NCBI GenBank assembly: GCA_016179225.1
Contig: JACORV010000012.1
Coordinates: forward strand, 1 to 48,969
DNA from: Gemmatimonadota bacterium
GTDB taxonomy: Bacteria; Gemmatimonadota; Gemmatimonadetes; Gemmatimonadales; JACORV01
Reading direction: 5' to 3'
Length of the DNA: 48,969 bases
Positions 1-9,169 of this stretch are shown here, in pieces. The notes beneath the pieces are model-generated. The model was not told the DNA's origin. It was given only the letters and a program-made list of their open reading frames with translations, and searched no databases. A program made the position numbers and the translations under genes. The stretch's first letter is position 1, and each line of letters opens with the position of its first letter.

Positions 1-1007
1 GCGATGCCCACGTTCTTCTGCGTCTCGACCGTCGAGGTGTCCGTCGCGAAGACGGGCTGGTCGCGGTCTTGCCGGTCCACCGTGAGGAAGAAATGGAGAC
101 GGTCCCGGATGATGGGGCCGGAGAGCGAAAAGCCGAACTGGTTGGAGGTGAAGTCGGTCGGCTCACGGCCGAGAAAATCGCTTTTCGTGAAACTGGCGCT
201 CCGGCGGTAGCCCCAAACGGCTCCGCGGAACTGGTTGCTGCCGGACTTGGTGACCGCGTTGACCAGTCCACCCGTGTAGTTGCCGCGGGTGACGTCGTAC
301 GCGTTGGTCTCGACCTGGAACTCCCGGACGGCCTCGATCGAGTAGGCGAACGGGATCCGGTCCGACCCGCGCGCCTCACCACCGAAGAAGGTGCCGTTGG
401 CGCCCACGCCGTCGATCAGGATGTTGTTCGCGCCCCGGCGGCCTCCGCCGATGGAGAGGGTGCCGCCCGACCCGTCGCCCACAGCGGTGTTCACCTGCGG
501 CGAGAGCGCGATGAAATCCGAGAAGTTGCGGCCGTTGGTCGGCAGGCTCTGGATCTGCTCGAGCCCCACGCGGTCCACCCGGCCCGCCTGCTGCGCGTCC
601 ACGACTGGCACCGCCTCGGCGGTCACGGAGACCTCCGACACTTCCACCGGCGCGCTCTCCAGCGCGAAGTCCACCTGGACCACGTCGCCAAGGGCGAGCT
701 CGTAGCCCGCCTTCTCCTGCGGCCGGTATCCGATGGCCTGCGCCCGGACCGTGTACGGTCCGCCGACCTGGAGCCCGAACAGGGCGTATCGCCCGTCGTC
801 GCCCGCGATCGTCCGCCGGACGACGCCCGTTTGCGTGTTGGTCACCGCCACGGCGCCCGCGACCGGATTGCCGTCCGGCCCCCTCAGGCGCCCACGGATG
901 GTCGCGGTCGTCGTTCCCTGCGCGTGGAGCGGCGCCGCCGCCCCCACCACAAGGAGCAACGCTGCCGCCGTGCGGGTAAGGACCGTCCGCACTGACGTTG
1001 GTCTCAT
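1..1007 (-). CDS. TonB-dependent receptor with N-terminal carboxypeptidase-regulatory-like domain (5' part; runs off the left edge)
   Basis: Not in the ORF track; read manually from ATG at 1007, with AGGAG upstream. Translation: MRPTSVRTVLTRTAAALLLVVGAAAPLHAQGTTTATIRG... (signal peptide), GRYALFGLQVGGPYTVRAQAIGY, LPTNGRNFSDF, NNILIDG, EFQVETNAYD...GGLVNAVTKSG (plug domain). Confidence 0.9.
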   Translation of the reverse strand, partial: MRPTSVRTVLTRTAAALLLVVGAAAPLHAQGTTTATIRGRLRGPDGNPVAGAVAVTNTQTGVVRRTIAGDDGRYALFGLQVGGPYTVRAQAIGYRPQEKAGYELALGDVVQVDFALESAPVEVSEVSVTAEAVPVVDAQQAGRVDRVGLEQIQSLPTNGRNFSDFIALSPQVNTAVGDGSGGTLSIGGGRRGANNILIDGVGANGTFFGGEARGSDRIPFAYSIEAVREFQVETNAYDVTRGNYTGGLVNAVTKSGSNQFRGAVWGYRRSASFTKSDFLGREPTDFTSNQFGFSLSGPIIRDRLHFFLTVDRQDRDQPVFATDTSTVETQKNVGI

Positions 1008-1105
1008 AGGCGACTCCTGCAGTTGTGCTGGTTGTACCGCAGACGTACGGCTCACGACCGGGCAAGATAGAGCGGCGCCGGAGCCGCCGTCAAGCGAAGG
1101 GGAGG

Positions 1106-2470
1106 CTACCCGGCCCGGCCCCGGAGCCGCACCCAAAGCCAGTAGGCCGGAAAGCCCGAAAGGATGACGCCGAAGGCGATCGCGGGGTCTCTCGGGCTCG
1201 TAATCAGCGCATTCCCGAGGATCATGGCGCCTGACAGGATGAAGAGCAGGGGCACCAACGGATACCCGAACGTCCGGACCGGCCTTTCCAGCTCCGGGCG
1301 TCTGTGCCGCAGCACCAACACCGTGGCCGCCGCCAGGGCATAAAAAGGCCAAATCGCGAGGACGAAGGTGTCCGCAAGGCGCTCGAAGCCCAGGAAGAGC
1401 ACGAAGACGACCGCCAGGAGGCCGATGAGCGCGATGGACCGCGACGGCGTCTGGAAGCGCGGATGCACCCGTGCCAGGCCCCGGAAGAACAGGTCGTCGT
1501 CGGCCATGGCGTAGATGATCCGCGGGCCGGTGAGCATCGAGCCCATGAGCGTGCCGAACGTCGAGACCATCACCACCACCGAGACCAGCCCCACACCCAC
1601 CCGGCCCACGAGCAGCTGCGCCGCGTCCGCAGCGACCAGCGGCGAATGCCGGACGCTCGCGATCGGCAACAGATAGAGGTACGCGAGATTCACGGCGAGA
1701 TAGATGGCGATGACCGCCACGGTGCCGATGACCAGCGCGCGCGGCAGGTTCCGCTGCGGGTCCTTCACCTCGCCGCTCACGAACGAGACGTCCGCCCACC
1801 CGTCGTAGGCCCACAGCACCGAGACCAGCGAGAGTCCGAAGAGCCGCGCCTGGACGGCGCCGTCGCTGGCGGCATAGTGACCCATCTCGCCCTGTCCCAG
1901 GACGAACGCCAGCAGGAACAGCAGGGTGAGGGCCAGGTACTTGGCGCCGGTCGTGAGGTTGAGCAGGATCGCGCTCCACCGGACGCCCACGTAGTTGAAG
2001 ACCGCGGTGACGACGATCGCCCCCGCCGCCACGTAGTGGACCAGGCCGGCGGCGGGATCGTAGCCGAGCGAGCGCAGGAGGTACTCGGCGAAGACCGTGG
2101 CGATGGCGCCGAGCGCCGTGGCACGGATGACGAGCAGCTCGGTCCAGCCAAACAGAAACGCGGGGAGCCGGCCGAACCCCTCGCGCACGTAGACGTATAC
2201 GCCCCCCGAGCGGGGGAACAAGGCCGCCAGCTCCGCGAACGTGAGCGCCCCGCACAGCACCAGGAGACCGCCCAGCCCCCAGACGCCCAGCATGGGGAGC
2301 GGCGATGGTACGAGGTCCGCGATGCGCGCGGGGGTGCGGAAGATCCCGCTGCCGATCGTGGAGCCGACGAGCACCGCGATGGCCGACAGGAGTCCGAGGC
2401 GGCGCGGGAGCCGCTCGCCCCATGCGTCGCGTTGGCTGTCCGCTTCGCGCGGACGGTCGCCGTAAGGCAC
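1106..2470 (-). CDS. APC-family amino acid permease
   Basis: Motifs GSTIGSGIF, FAELAALFPRSGGVYVY, WAYDGW...GEVKDPQRNLP and about 12 hydrophobic segments. Start moved to GTG 2470 because the track start overlaps the hemA promoter. Confidence 0.9.
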   Translation of the reverse strand: MPYGDRPREADSQRDAWGERLPRRLGLLSAIAVLVGSTIGSGIFRTPARIADLVPSPLPMLGVWGLGGLLVLCGALTFAELAALFPRSGGVYVYVREGFGRLPAFLFGWTELLVIRATALGAIATVFAEYLLRSLGYDPAAGLVHYVAAGAIVVTAVFNYVGVRWSAILLNLTTGAKYLALTLLFLLAFVLGQGEMGHYAASDGAVQARLFGLSLVSVLWAYDGWADVSFVSGEVKDPQRNLPRALVIGTVAVIAIYLAVNLAYLYLLPIASVRHSPLVAADAAQLLVGRVGVGLVSVVVMVSTFGTLMGSMLTGPRIIYAMADDDLFFRGLARVHPRFQTPSRSIALIGLLAVVFVLFLGFERLADTFVLAIWPFYALAAATVLVLRHRRPELERPVRTFGYPLVPLLFILSGAMILGNALITSPRDPAIAFGVILSGFPAYWLWVRLRGRAG

Positions 2471-2481
2471 GCGCCAAGATA

Positions 2482-2526
2482 CCGTATTGTTACGGGATTG
2501 ACACTCCTTCCTGGGGCGGTGAAGCT
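2482..2526 (+). promoter_or_regulatory. Candidate sigma70 promoter for hemA with an adjacent palindrome
   Basis: TTGACA at 2498-2503, a 17-bp spacer, and a weak -10 GAAGCT at 2521-2526. Inverted repeat CCGTA-N4-TACGG at 2482-2495. Confidence 0.45.
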
Positions 2527-2537
2527 TGGCGTGATCC

Positions 2538-3824
2538 ATGCGCGTCGTCGCCGTCGGTGTCAGTCATCCTTCCGCGCCGCTCGCCATCCGCGAGCGACTC
2601 GCCCTCACGGCCGAGGCGGGCGCGACGCTGCTCGCGCGCGCGCGCGAGGCCGGCGCGGAGGAAGTGGCCGTGCTGGCGACCTGCGGACGCACTGAGCTCT
2701 ACGCCGCCGGCCGCGACGTCCCTCCCGACGCCGACGCGCTCGCCACCCTCCTCGCCGAGGCGGGCGACGCGCCGCTCGCCGATCTCCAGCCGTACCTCGA
2801 GCGGCGGCACGGCCGCTACGCGATCGTGCATCTGTTGCGCGTGGCGAGCGGGGTGGATTCGCTGGTCGTCGGCGAATCGGAGATCCTCGGCCAGGTGGCG
2901 CGGGCCGGCGAGCGTGCGGAGCGCGCGGGCGCGAGCGGCCCGGTCCTGGCTCGCGTGTTCGGCGCCGCGGTGCGCGCGGGGCGGCGCGCCCGCGCCGAGA
3001 CTGCCATCGGGGCGAAGGCGACGAGCGTCCCGGCCGTCGCCGTTGAAGAGGCTCAGCGCGTCCTCGGAACCCTCGCGGGACGCGTCGTGCTGGTGCTCGG
3101 CGCGGGAGAGACCAGCCAGCTCGCGGTGCGGGCGCTGATGGCGCGGGGCGCGGCGCCCCCCCTCATCATGAACCGCACCCTCGCGCACGCCGAGGCACTG
3201 GCCGCCGCGTTCGCGGCGAGGGTGGCCCCGCTGGACCGGCTCACCGCGGCGCTCGAGTCGGCGGACGTCGTGGTAGCGTCCACCGGCGCCCCGCAAGCGC
3301 TGCTCGCGGCCGACGACGTCCGCCGCGCCATGCGGGGCCGGCGCGACCGGCCGCTCGCGATCGTGGACATGGCGGTCCCGCGTGACGTGGACCCCGCGGT
3401 GCGAGACCTGCCGGGCGTGCATTACTTCGATCTCGACGACCTGGCGCGCGCGGCGGAGGAGAACCTGAACGGTCGCCGCGCCGAAGTGCCGCGCGTCGAA
3501 GCCATCGTTGCCGAAGAAACGGAGCGGGTCCTCGACTGGATGCGGACCGCGTCGGTGACGCCGGCGATCGCGAGCCTGCGCAGCCGCGCCGAAGCGATCC
3601 GCGAGGCGGAGGTCGTGCGCGCGCTGCGCCGGCTGCCGCGGCTCTCCGAGCGCGAGCGCCGCGCGCTCGAGGCGTTCAGCAAGAGCCTCGTCAAGAAGCT
3701 TCTCCACGATCCGACGAGCGTGCTGAAGGCGGAGGCCGGCAATGGCCGCGCGGCCGAGCTGACTGCGGCGCTGCGGCGTCTCTTCGCGCTTGACGCGGGG
3801 GATCCGGACCGGCGGGAGCCGTGA
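2538..3824 (+). CDS. hemA: Glutamyl-tRNA reductase
   Basis: LATCGRTELY (catalytic Cys), SGVDSLVVGESEILGQV, LGAGE, NRT, DMAVPRDV, KLLHDPT. Confidence 0.97.
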   Translation: MRVVAVGVSHPSAPLAIRERLALTAEAGATLLARAREAGAEEVAVLATCGRTELYAAGRDVPPDADALATLLAEAGDAPLADLQPYLERRHGRYAIVHLLRVASGVDSLVVGESEILGQVARAGERAERAGASGPVLARVFGAAVRAGRRARAETAIGAKATSVPAVAVEEAQRVLGTLAGRVVLVLGAGETSQLAVRALMARGAAPPLIMNRTLAHAEALAAAFAARVAPLDRLTAALESADVVVASTGAPQALLAADDVRRAMRGRRDRPLAIVDMAVPRDVDPAVRDLPGVHYFDLDDLARAAEENLNGRRAEVPRVEAIVAEETERVLDWMRTASVTPAIASLRSRAEAIREAEVVRALRRLPRLSERERRALEAFSKSLVKKLLHDPTSVLKAEAGNGRAAELTAALRRLFALDAGDPDRREP

Positions 3825-4762
3825 AGGCGACGGCCAGGGCGGTGGTGCGCGTCGGTACGCGCGCCAGCGCGCTCGCCCGCCGGCAGGCGGAGTTGGTCGT
3901 CGCGGCCCTGTGCGCCGCCCACCCCGACCTCGCTTGCGAGATCGCGACCGTCACCACGCGCGGCGACCGCGACCTCGAGTCTCCCCTTCCCGCCATCGGT
4001 GGCAAAGGCGTCTTCACGGCCGAGCTCGAGGAGGCGCTCCGCCGCGGCACGGTCACCATCGCGGTCCACAGCCTGAAAGACCTTCCGACCGAAGAGCCGC
4101 CGGGCTTGGTCGTCGCCGCGGTGCTCGAACGAGCCGACCCCCGCGACGTGCTGGTCTCGCGCTCGCGAGGTACGCTGGCGGAGCTCCCGACTGCGCCGGC
4201 CGTCGGAACCAGCAGCCTGCGGCGCGCGGCGCAGGTGCTGGCGCTCAGGCCGGACGCGAGGCTGCTCCCGCTGCGCGGCAACGTGGAGACGCGGGTGCGC
4301 AAGGCCATGGACGGCCTAGGCCCGTACGACGCGATCGTGCTCGCCGCGGCGGGGCTCGAGCGGCTCGGCCTCGCGGACGTCGCCGCCGAGCGCTTCGCGC
4401 CCGATCGCTTCCTTCCCGCGCCTGGCCAGGGCGCGGTCGCGATCGAGTGCCGCCGCACCGAGCCGTTGCTCGATTTGCTCCGGGCCGTGAGCCACCCGCC
4501 GACCTGGTCCGCAGTCACCGCGGAGCGCGCGTTCCTCTCCGGTCTCGGCGCCGGTTGCACCGCGCCGGTCGCCGCGTTCGGCCGGGAGGAAAGCGGCCGC
4601 CTAATCCTCGACGGGCTGGTGGCTTCGCAGGACGGCAGACGCGTCGTGCGGGTGCGGGCCCAGGGTGACCCGTCCGAGCCGGCCGTCCTCGGCGCGCGCC
4701 TCGCGGCGGACGCGCGCGAGGCTGGGGCCGAAGCGCTGCTCGCGGCGGGAGGCGGCTCGTGA
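3821..4762 (+). CDS. hemC: Hydroxymethylbilane synthase
   Basis: GTRASALA, GGKGVFTAELE, AVHSLKD, GTSSLRR, LRGNVETR, GAGCTAP. Confidence 0.97.
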   Translation: MKATARAVVRVGTRASALARRQAELVVAALCAAHPDLACEIATVTTRGDRDLESPLPAIGGKGVFTAELEEALRRGTVTIAVHSLKDLPTEEPPGLVVAAVLERADPRDVLVSRSRGTLAELPTAPAVGTSSLRRAAQVLALRPDARLLPLRGNVETRVRKAMDGLGPYDAIVLAAAGLERLGLADVAAERFAPDRFLPAPGQGAVAIECRRTEPLLDLLRAVSHPPTWSAVTAERAFLSGLGAGCTAPVAAFGREESGRLILDGLVASQDGRRVVRVRAQGDPSEPAVLGARLAADAREAGAEALLAAGGGS

Positions 4763-5826
4763 CCGGCGCGCCGCGCGAACGGCGCCAGCTCGTCCGCTTC
4801 GCTTTCTACCGGCTCGATCCCGTTTTCCGGCGCCTGCCCGCCGCCGAGCAGCGGCAGCACAAGGAGGAGTTCGCCGCCACCATCTCCGCCTTCGCCGAGC
4901 GCGTGCTGTTGCGGTCGTACAGCCTGGTGGGCGTGCGCGGCGACGCCGACTTCATGCTCTGGCAGGTCGCCGAGGAGCTGGACACGCTGCAGGCCCTCCA
5001 GACGGCGCTCAACCGGACGCGACTCGGCGCCTACCTCGCCGTGCCGTACAGCTACCTGGCCATGACGCGCCGCTCCATCTACGAGATCCGGGACGCGGAG
5101 CCGGGACACACGGGGCTGGTGATCCGGCCGAGCCAGGCGCGCTACCTGTTCGTCTATCCCTTCGTGAAGACGCGCGAGTGGTACGCGCTGCCGATGGGCG
5201 AGCGCCAGGCGATGATGGAGGAGCACATCGCGGTCGGCCGGCGCTTCCCCAGCATTCGGCTCAACACGACGTACTCGTACGGACTCGACGACCAGGAGTT
5301 CGTCGTGGCGTTCGAGGGCGACGACCCCGCGGAGTTCCTGGACCTCGTGATGGCGCTGCGCGAGAGCCAGGCCTCGCGCTACACGCTCCGGGACACCCCG
5401 ACGTTCAGCTGCATCCAGATGCCCATCGCCGACATGCTGGACGCGTTGGGGGGCGAGGCGATGGGCGCCGATGCCGCGCCCGCGCCCCGGGCCGACGGCT
5501 TGGTCGCGGCCTGCGCGCTCCGGGACCTGCCGCCGGGGGCGAGCCGTCGCGTGGTCGCGCGGGGCGAGGTGGTGGCGGTCTTCAACGTCGGCGGCCGCGT
5601 CTTCGCGATCGGCAACCGATGCACCCACGCCCGCGCGTCGCTCGCCGACGGGACCGTGGACGCGGCGACCGCCGTAGTGACGTGCCCCTGGCATGCCGGT
5701 CGCTTCGAGCTCGCGACCGGCCGGGCGATCGACGGCCCTCCCAAGGCGGCGGTGCCGGTCTACCCCGTGCGGATCGAGGACGGCACGGTGCTGCTCGGTG
5801 TGCCAGAGATGACCGTTGCGGACTGA
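4759..5826 (+). CDS. chdC: Coproheme decarboxylase (ChdC/HemQ, chlorite dismutase superfamily) fused to a C-terminal Rieske [2Fe-2S] ferredoxin domain
   Basis: YPFVK..WY and EEH (catalytic Tyr, Lys, proximal His), YGLDDQEFVVAFE, and location in the hem operon beside hemH and hemY. C-terminal CTH...CPWH Rieske motif. Confidence 0.85.
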   Translation: MTGAPRERRQLVRFAFYRLDPVFRRLPAAEQRQHKEEFAATISAFAERVLLRSYSLVGVRGDADFMLWQVAEELDTLQALQTALNRTRLGAYLAVPYSYLAMTRRSIYEIRDAEPGHTGLVIRPSQARYLFVYPFVKTREWYALPMGERQAMMEEHIAVGRRFPSIRLNTTYSYGLDDQEFVVAFEGDDPAEFLDLVMALRESQASRYTLRDTPTFSCIQMPIADMLDALGGEAMGADAAPAPRADGLVAACALRDLPPGASRRVVARGEVVAVFNVGGRVFAIGNRCTHARASLADGTVDAATAVVTCPWHAGRFELATGRAIDGPPKAAVPVYPVRIEDGTVLLGVPEMTVAD

Positions 5827-6742
5827 CACCACGGCCGTGCTCCTCATGGCGTACGGCGGCCCCGACTCGCTCGACGACGTGGCCCCCTACCTCGCCGACG
5901 TGCGCGGCGGCCGCCCGACGCCGCAGCGCTTGGTCGAAGAAGTCCGCTCGCGCTACGCCGCGATCGGCGGCCGTTCGCCGCTGCTCGCCCGGACCCGCGA
6001 GCAGGCCGCCGCGCTCGCCACGAGGCTCGGCCCCGCTTGGCGCACCGCGGTCGGCATGCGGCACTGGAAGCCGTACATCGCTGAGGCGCTGGACGCACTC
6101 GCAGCGGAAGGCGTGCGGCGCGTGATCGCCTTGCCGATGGCGCCGCACTTTTCCGACCTGAGCGGCGGGGCGTATCGTCGCGCCTGCGAGACCGCGCCGG
6201 CGGTGCGGCGGGGAGACGTGCAGCTGGCGTTCGTGCCCGGATGGAGCGCGCACCCGGGATTCATCGACGCGGTGGCGGAGCGAGCGGGCGCCGCCCTGGA
6301 CGCGCTCGGGGACCGCCGCGCCACCACCCTGGTCGTCTTCTCTGCCCACAGCCTCCCGGAACGGATCATCGATTCCGGCGACCCGTACGCTGAGAACTTC
6401 GCCACCAGTGTCGCCCGCGTGGCCGAGCGGCTCTGCCTCGCCGGCTTCCGCCTCGCGTTTCAGAGCGCCGGTGCCACGCGCGACCGCTGGCTCGGTCCCG
6501 ACGTGGCCGTGGTCATGGGCGACGCGTCGGCGGCGGGCTACGAAGGGGTGCTCGTCGTTCCGATCGGGTTCGTGTGCGACAACGTCGAGATCCTCTACGA
6601 CGTGGACGTGGCCTATCGCGGGCACGCCGTGCGCCTGGGACTCGACTTTTCCCGATCGGAATCCTTGAACGCGAGCCCGCGGCTCGTCGCAACGCTCGCG
6701 GACCTGACGCACGTGGCCGCTCGCGAGGCCGGCTGGTCGTGA
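5816..6742 (+). CDS. hemH: Ferrochelatase (probably coproporphyrin ferrochelatase CpfC)
   Basis: LLMAYGGP, IGGRSPL, MRHWKPYI, FSAHSLP, FQS...WLGP, PIGFVCDNVEILYD. Confidence 0.93.
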   Translation: MRTDTTAVLLMAYGGPDSLDDVAPYLADVRGGRPTPQRLVEEVRSRYAAIGGRSPLLARTREQAAALATRLGPAWRTAVGMRHWKPYIAEALDALAAEGVRRVIALPMAPHFSDLSGGAYRRACETAPAVRRGDVQLAFVPGWSAHPGFIDAVAERAGAALDALGDRRATTLVVFSAHSLPERIIDSGDPYAENFATSVARVAERLCLAGFRLAFQSAGATRDRWLGPDVAVVMGDASAAGYEGVLVVPIGFVCDNVEILYDVDVAYRGHAVRLGLDFSRSESLNASPRLVATLADLTHVAAREAGWS

Positions 6743-7824
6743 GTGCGGTCCTCGTGGTGGGCGGCGGCATCACCGGTCTCGTCGCGGCGCACGCCGCGAC
6801 GCGTGACGGTCACGACGTGACGCTGCTCGAGGCGAGCTCGCGACTCGGCGGGCTGATCCTCACCGAGCGCGTGGACGGGTTCCTCGTCGAAGCAGGCCCC
6901 GACGCCTTTCTCGCCGGCCGGCCCGAGATCCCGGCGCTGGTGGGCGAGCTCGGGCTCGCCGGTGACCTCCTCGCGCAGCGGGTCCGCACGATTCTCCTGG
7001 GCGATGGTGGCGAGTTGGTTCCTCTGGCGCCGGGCGCGGCGGCGGCGGTGCTCGAGCTCGCTACGAGCGAGCGCGAGGCGGCCGCCGGGTTCACGACCCT
7101 GCGCGGCGGGCTGGGCTCGTTGATCGCCGCGCTCGCCGCGCGACTCGGCGATCGCGTCCGGCTTGGAGCGCGGGCTCGCGCGGTGGTGCGCGACGGGGCT
7201 CAACTCTTGGTGGACGTCGAAGGTAGTCCGGGCCTCGTCGCCGACGCAGTCGTCCTCGCCCTGCCCGGCCATGCCGCCGCGCCGCTGCTCCGGGAGATGG
7301 ACCCGCTTCTCGCCACGATGCTCGGCGCGCTCGAGTACCGCTCATCGAACACCGTCGCCCTCGCCTACGATGCCAGGGACGTGGGACACGCGCTGGACGC
7401 CTCCGGCATGGTGGTGCCGCGCGAGGCGGCGCGGGCGGTCGTGGCGTGCACCTTCGCCTCGTCGAAGTTCGAGGGCCGCGCGCCGCAGGGCGGGGTGCTG
7501 CTGCGCGCGTTCGTGGGGCGCTGCGGCGCCCGAGAAGTGGAGGAGGAAAGCGACGAACGGATCGTGGATGTGGCGCGCGCGGACCTCGAGCCGCTGTTGC
7601 GCATCACGCGCGCGCCGCGTTGGTCGCGCGTGTACCGCTGGCCCCGCGCGCTCCCCCGGCCCGACGCGCGGGACGGCGAGCCGCGCCACCTGATCCGCGA
7701 GCGCGCGCTCAGGGCCGGCGTCGTGCTGGCCGGATCGGCGGAGGGCGGAGCCGGGCTCTCCGACGGCGTGGCGAGCGGCCGGCGCGCCGCGACCGCCATT
7801 CGCGAGGTAGCGGTCGCGTCGTGA
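6739..7824 (+). CDS. hemY: HemY/CgoX-type (copro/proto)porphyrinogen oxidase, short form (~361 aa)
   Basis: GTG 6739 overlaps the hemH stop. Motifs VVGGGITGL, LEASSRLGG, EAGPDAF, FTTLRGG, SSKFEGRAP, RWPRALP. Confidence 0.85.
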   Translation: MSAVLVVGGGITGLVAAHAATRDGHDVTLLEASSRLGGLILTERVDGFLVEAGPDAFLAGRPEIPALVGELGLAGDLLAQRVRTILLGDGGELVPLAPGAAAAVLELATSEREAAAGFTTLRGGLGSLIAALAARLGDRVRLGARARAVVRDGAQLLVDVEGSPGLVADAVVLALPGHAAAPLLREMDPLLATMLGALEYRSSNTVALAYDARDVGHALDASGMVVPREAARAVVACTFASSKFEGRAPQGGVLLRAFVGRCGAREVEEESDERIVDVARADLEPLLRITRAPRWSRVYRWPRALPRPDARDGEPRHLIRERALRAGVVLAGSAEGGAGLSDGVASGRRAATAIREVAVAS

Positions 7825-8696
7825 CCAGGCGTATCCGCACCTACCGCGAGCTTTCGGGCGAGGACCGCTCCGGCATCGTGGCCCAGGTGGTCGCGCAGCA
7901 GGACCGGGTCCGCGAACGTCTCCGCGCGGTACGGCACACCGTCGCCGTCATGAGCGGCAAGGGGGGCGTGGGCAAGAGCTTCGTCACCGCGCTCCTCGCG
8001 GCGGCGCTGGCGGAGGCCGGCAAGCGTGTGGGCGTGCTGGATGCCGATCTTCAAGGTCCGACGGCGGCGAGAATGCTGGGCGTCGGGCGGGAGCCGCTCG
8101 CGGTGCGCGACGACGACGTCGTGCCCCCCGAAGGCGCGCGGGGCGTGCGCGTGATCTCCAGCGACCTCCTCCTAGCCGAGGGCGCGCCGCTCAAGTGGAA
8201 GGAGCCGGGCGAGGCGCGGTTCGTCTGGCGCGGCACACTCGAGGCGGGGATGCTGCGCGAGTTCCTGGCCGACGTGGCCTGGGGCGAGCTCGACCTCCTG
8301 CTGGTGGACCTCCCGCCGGGGACCGACCGCCTCACCACCCTGATGGAGCTTCTTCCCGGGCTCACCGGCGTGCTGGCCGTAACCATCCCGTCCGACGCCT
8401 CGCTGCGGGCCGTGGCCCGCTCGCTCCAGCTGGCGCGCGAGGGCCGCATCCGCATTCTCGGCATCGTGGAGAACATGGCCAACTACCGCTGCGCGCACTG
8501 CGGCGCTCAGGGCCCGCTCATGACCGGCGACGCCGCCGATAGGCTCGCCGCCGAGGCCGCGGCCCCGGTGCTCGCGCGCCTCCCGTTCGATCCGGCGGTG
8601 CAGGCGGCCGTGGACGGGGGCCGGATCGGCGAGCCGGCCGACCCGGCCTTCGCAGCGCTCGCCGCGGCCCTGCTCGCTCGGGTGGAGGGCGCATGA
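7821..8696 (+). CDS. mrp: Mrp/NBP35/ApbC Fe-S cluster carrier ATPase
   Basis: SGKGGVGKS, LDADLQGP, WGELDLLLVDLPPGT, GIVENM..CAHC. GTG start overlaps the hemY stop. Confidence 0.9.
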   Translation: MTRRIRTYRELSGEDRSGIVAQVVAQQDRVRERLRAVRHTVAVMSGKGGVGKSFVTALLAAALAEAGKRVGVLDADLQGPTAARMLGVGREPLAVRDDDVVPPEGARGVRVISSDLLLAEGAPLKWKEPGEARFVWRGTLEAGMLREFLADVAWGELDLLLVDLPPGTDRLTTLMELLPGLTGVLAVTIPSDASLRAVARSLQLAREGRIRILGIVENMANYRCAHCGAQGPLMTGDAADRLAAEAAAPVLARLPFDPAVQAAVDGGRIGEPADPAFAALAAALLARVEGA

Positions 8697-9166
8697 AGTT
8701 CCTCTGCGTCGACTGCGATCAGCGCATGGTCTTCGAGGAGCGGCAGCTCCCGGGCGATGGCACACTGGCGGTCGCGTTTCGGTGCCCGGCCTGCGGGCGC
8801 ACCGTTGCCCTGTTGACGAATCCCTGGGAGACGCAGCTCGTCTCGTCGCTGGGCGTGATCATCGGCGGCCGCACGGTGCCGGAGCAGCCGATGGAGCTGA
8901 CCCGCACCACCACCGAAGGAGGGCGCGAGGGCGCCTTCGCCGACGCCGAGCCCGGTGAGGAGCGGCGCGATTCCACGCCCGGCGGCGCGCCAGCCCGTGT
9001 CACCTGGGACGACCGGGCGACGCAGCGCCTCGCGAACGTGCCGTCGTTCGTGCGCGGGATGGTGAAGCGCATCTACGCCGACTACGCGCTCGAGCGCGGT
9101 ATCGCGGTCATCACGCCCGAGGTGATGGACGCCGCCCGCAGCGACCTCGGCCTCGAGGGGATGTAA
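8693..9166 (+). CDS. Zn-ribbon (CxxC...CxxC) protein with C-terminal PCP_red-like domain
   Basis: CVDC and CPAC pairs. C-terminus WDDRATQRLANVPSFVRGMVKRIYADYALERGIAVITPEVMDAA resembles the BchB/ChlB C-terminal (PCP_red) pattern. Confidence 0.75.
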   Translation: MKFLCVDCDQRMVFEERQLPGDGTLAVAFRCPACGRTVALLTNPWETQLVSSLGVIIGGRTVPEQPMELTRTTTEGGREGAFADAEPGEERRDSTPGGAPARVTWDDRATQRLANVPSFVRGMVKRIYADYALERGIAVITPEVMDAARSDLGLEGM

Positions 9167-9169
9167 TCG

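Noticed and set aside
4759-5460. Chlorite dismutase (perchlorate/chlorite metabolism)
   Set aside because: The YP-Tyr motif, Leu at the distal Arg position and the hem-operon context point to coproheme decarboxylase.
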